A DNA stretch of 51,707 bases, taken from assembly GCF_001194135.2 (NCBI RefSeq), contig NC_068992.1, positions 11,375,157 through 11,426,863 on the forward strand, given 5' to 3'. Positions 50,411-51,707 of the stretch are shown piece after piece. The notes beneath the pieces were generated by a model. That model did no database searches. It was not told the origin of the DNA and was given only the letters and a program-made list of their open reading frames with translations. This DNA is from Octopus bimaculoides. Taxonomy: Eukaryota. Position numbers and translations under genes: made by a program. Positions within the stretch are counted from its first letter, which is position 1. Every line of letters starts with the position of its first letter.

Positions 50411-51375
50411 GGCTTATGAACTACATTGTCATTTCTCTGCCTTTATACACACACACACGCGTGCACACACACACACATACACACACAGACATTTCACTCC
50501 AGTTTTATTCCAAATTTCACTGAGTAATACTATTGTTCATTTGACAAAAGATAAAAAGTATTTTATTTTTATTGCAAAATGTTATTCTCCCCCTAATTAG
50601 GACATATCTCTCATGTCTTTGAGAATGGGAAAAACTGAATATCAAGCAAATATATCTCAAATAAATACAACAGAAATATAGATGTATAGGTCAAACCTAG
50701 TTGACCAACTGAACATAGATCAGATATAATGTCTACATAACGACAACAGAAGAAAGAAATGCTACATATGTCCCGAAGGATTCTTAAACAGTTATTCAGT
50801 CTTAGTTTCAAGGCATTAATCTAATAATATTTAAATTATCACATGTGACATTCCTAGAAAATCTGGTTCATCTGAGTAAACTTCTATGCACATACTTAAT
50901 TTGAAATATCATGAAAGAGAAAATATAAAGTTCTATGTTTTTTTTCTTTCTTTTGTATATTAGCAATTTTTGGTTTCTGTAACAAACACAGACTGAAGCA
51001 ACAGTATTGATGAAAATATCCGTTGAAGCATTCATAATTATTCATAAGATCTCTGTAATTAGATTTGCTTTCTTGTGAATGAAAGATACGAAAATGAAAA
51101 CACACTCACACACACAAACAAAAAATAAATAATATTATTTTAGTGGCAAAATAGCAAAAGAAACCTGTAAACATTTTCTATAAAGATTAACGTTCAAATT
51201 TTAAACTGTGTCTTGTAAATTGTCAGAAGTTTTGCCTTTCATTTTATTTTATTTTATTTTATTCATCTATTTTTTTTATTTTGCATTTGTTGGGTCACCC
51301 CCCTCCCTTCTTTATTCACTTAATTGAATAACACTTTAATGCCTGTGTGAAATGCATTATCATGATATATATTAA

Positions 51376-51707
51376 CCTCTGTACCTGGCTTTCGTTGACA
51401 TGGAGAAAGCCTTTGACAGGGTCCCCCGATCCCTTATCTGGTGGTCAATGAAGAAACTTGGGATAGAAGAATGGCTAGTGAGAGCTGTGCGAGCCATGTA
51501 CAGAGATGCGGCCAGTAAGGTGAGGGTTGGAAATGAGTACAGCAATGAATTCCGGGTAGAGGTAGGGGTCCACCAAGGTTCCGTCCTCAGCCCCCTATTA
51601 TTTACCATAGTCCTCCAGGCAATCACAGAGGAGTTCAAGACAGGTTGCCCCTGGGAGCTCCTCTATGCTGATGACCTTGCCCTAATTGCGGAGTCACTAT
51701 CAGAACT
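51376..51707 (+). mobile_element. 5'-truncated RTE-clade LINE with uninterrupted reverse-transcriptase frame, running off the window
   Basis: PLYLAFVDMEKAFDRVPRSLIWWSMKKLGIEEWLVRAVRAMY...GVHQGSVLSPLLF...WELLYADDLAL has the DxxKAFD, GVxQGxxLSP and YADD motifs. 110 codons with no stop. Confidence 0.95.

Noticed and set aside
51372-51638. Minus-strand 88-aa ORF in the track
   Set aside because: It is antisense to the RTE reverse transcriptase, and the real frame is on the plus strand.

Overview
This is AT-rich, CpG-depleted animal genomic DNA from a gapped short-read assembly. It has 11 N-runs, nearly all next to microsatellites. The SINE, RTE-LINE and mariner families look like those I recall from Octopus genomes, which I could not confirm by database search. 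The window is dominated by microsatellites and low-complexity blocks, at least three tRNA-headed SINE types, RTE-type LINE pieces (including an uninterrupted reverse-transcriptase frame running off the right end), four or five decayed Tc1/mariner copies, a hAT MITE with a clean 8-bp TSD, and remnants of restriction-like-endonuclease retrotransposons. I could not identify a host protein-coding gene. Several candidate exons have good splice signals on both strands, but they are near chance level. There is no tRNA/rRNA gene and no CRISPR array, and most ORFs in the supplied track are microsatellite or antisense-TE artefacts. The most unusual structures are clustered near-perfect inverted repeats (10.2-11.2 kb and 31.3-32.2 kb), a decayed hammerhead-like motif, a 17-bp hairpin tandem array at a retroelement 5' junction, a Dong/R4-like end beside a (TAA)n tract, and a candidate exon with a KRAB-A-like motif. 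I found no convincing new biological system.
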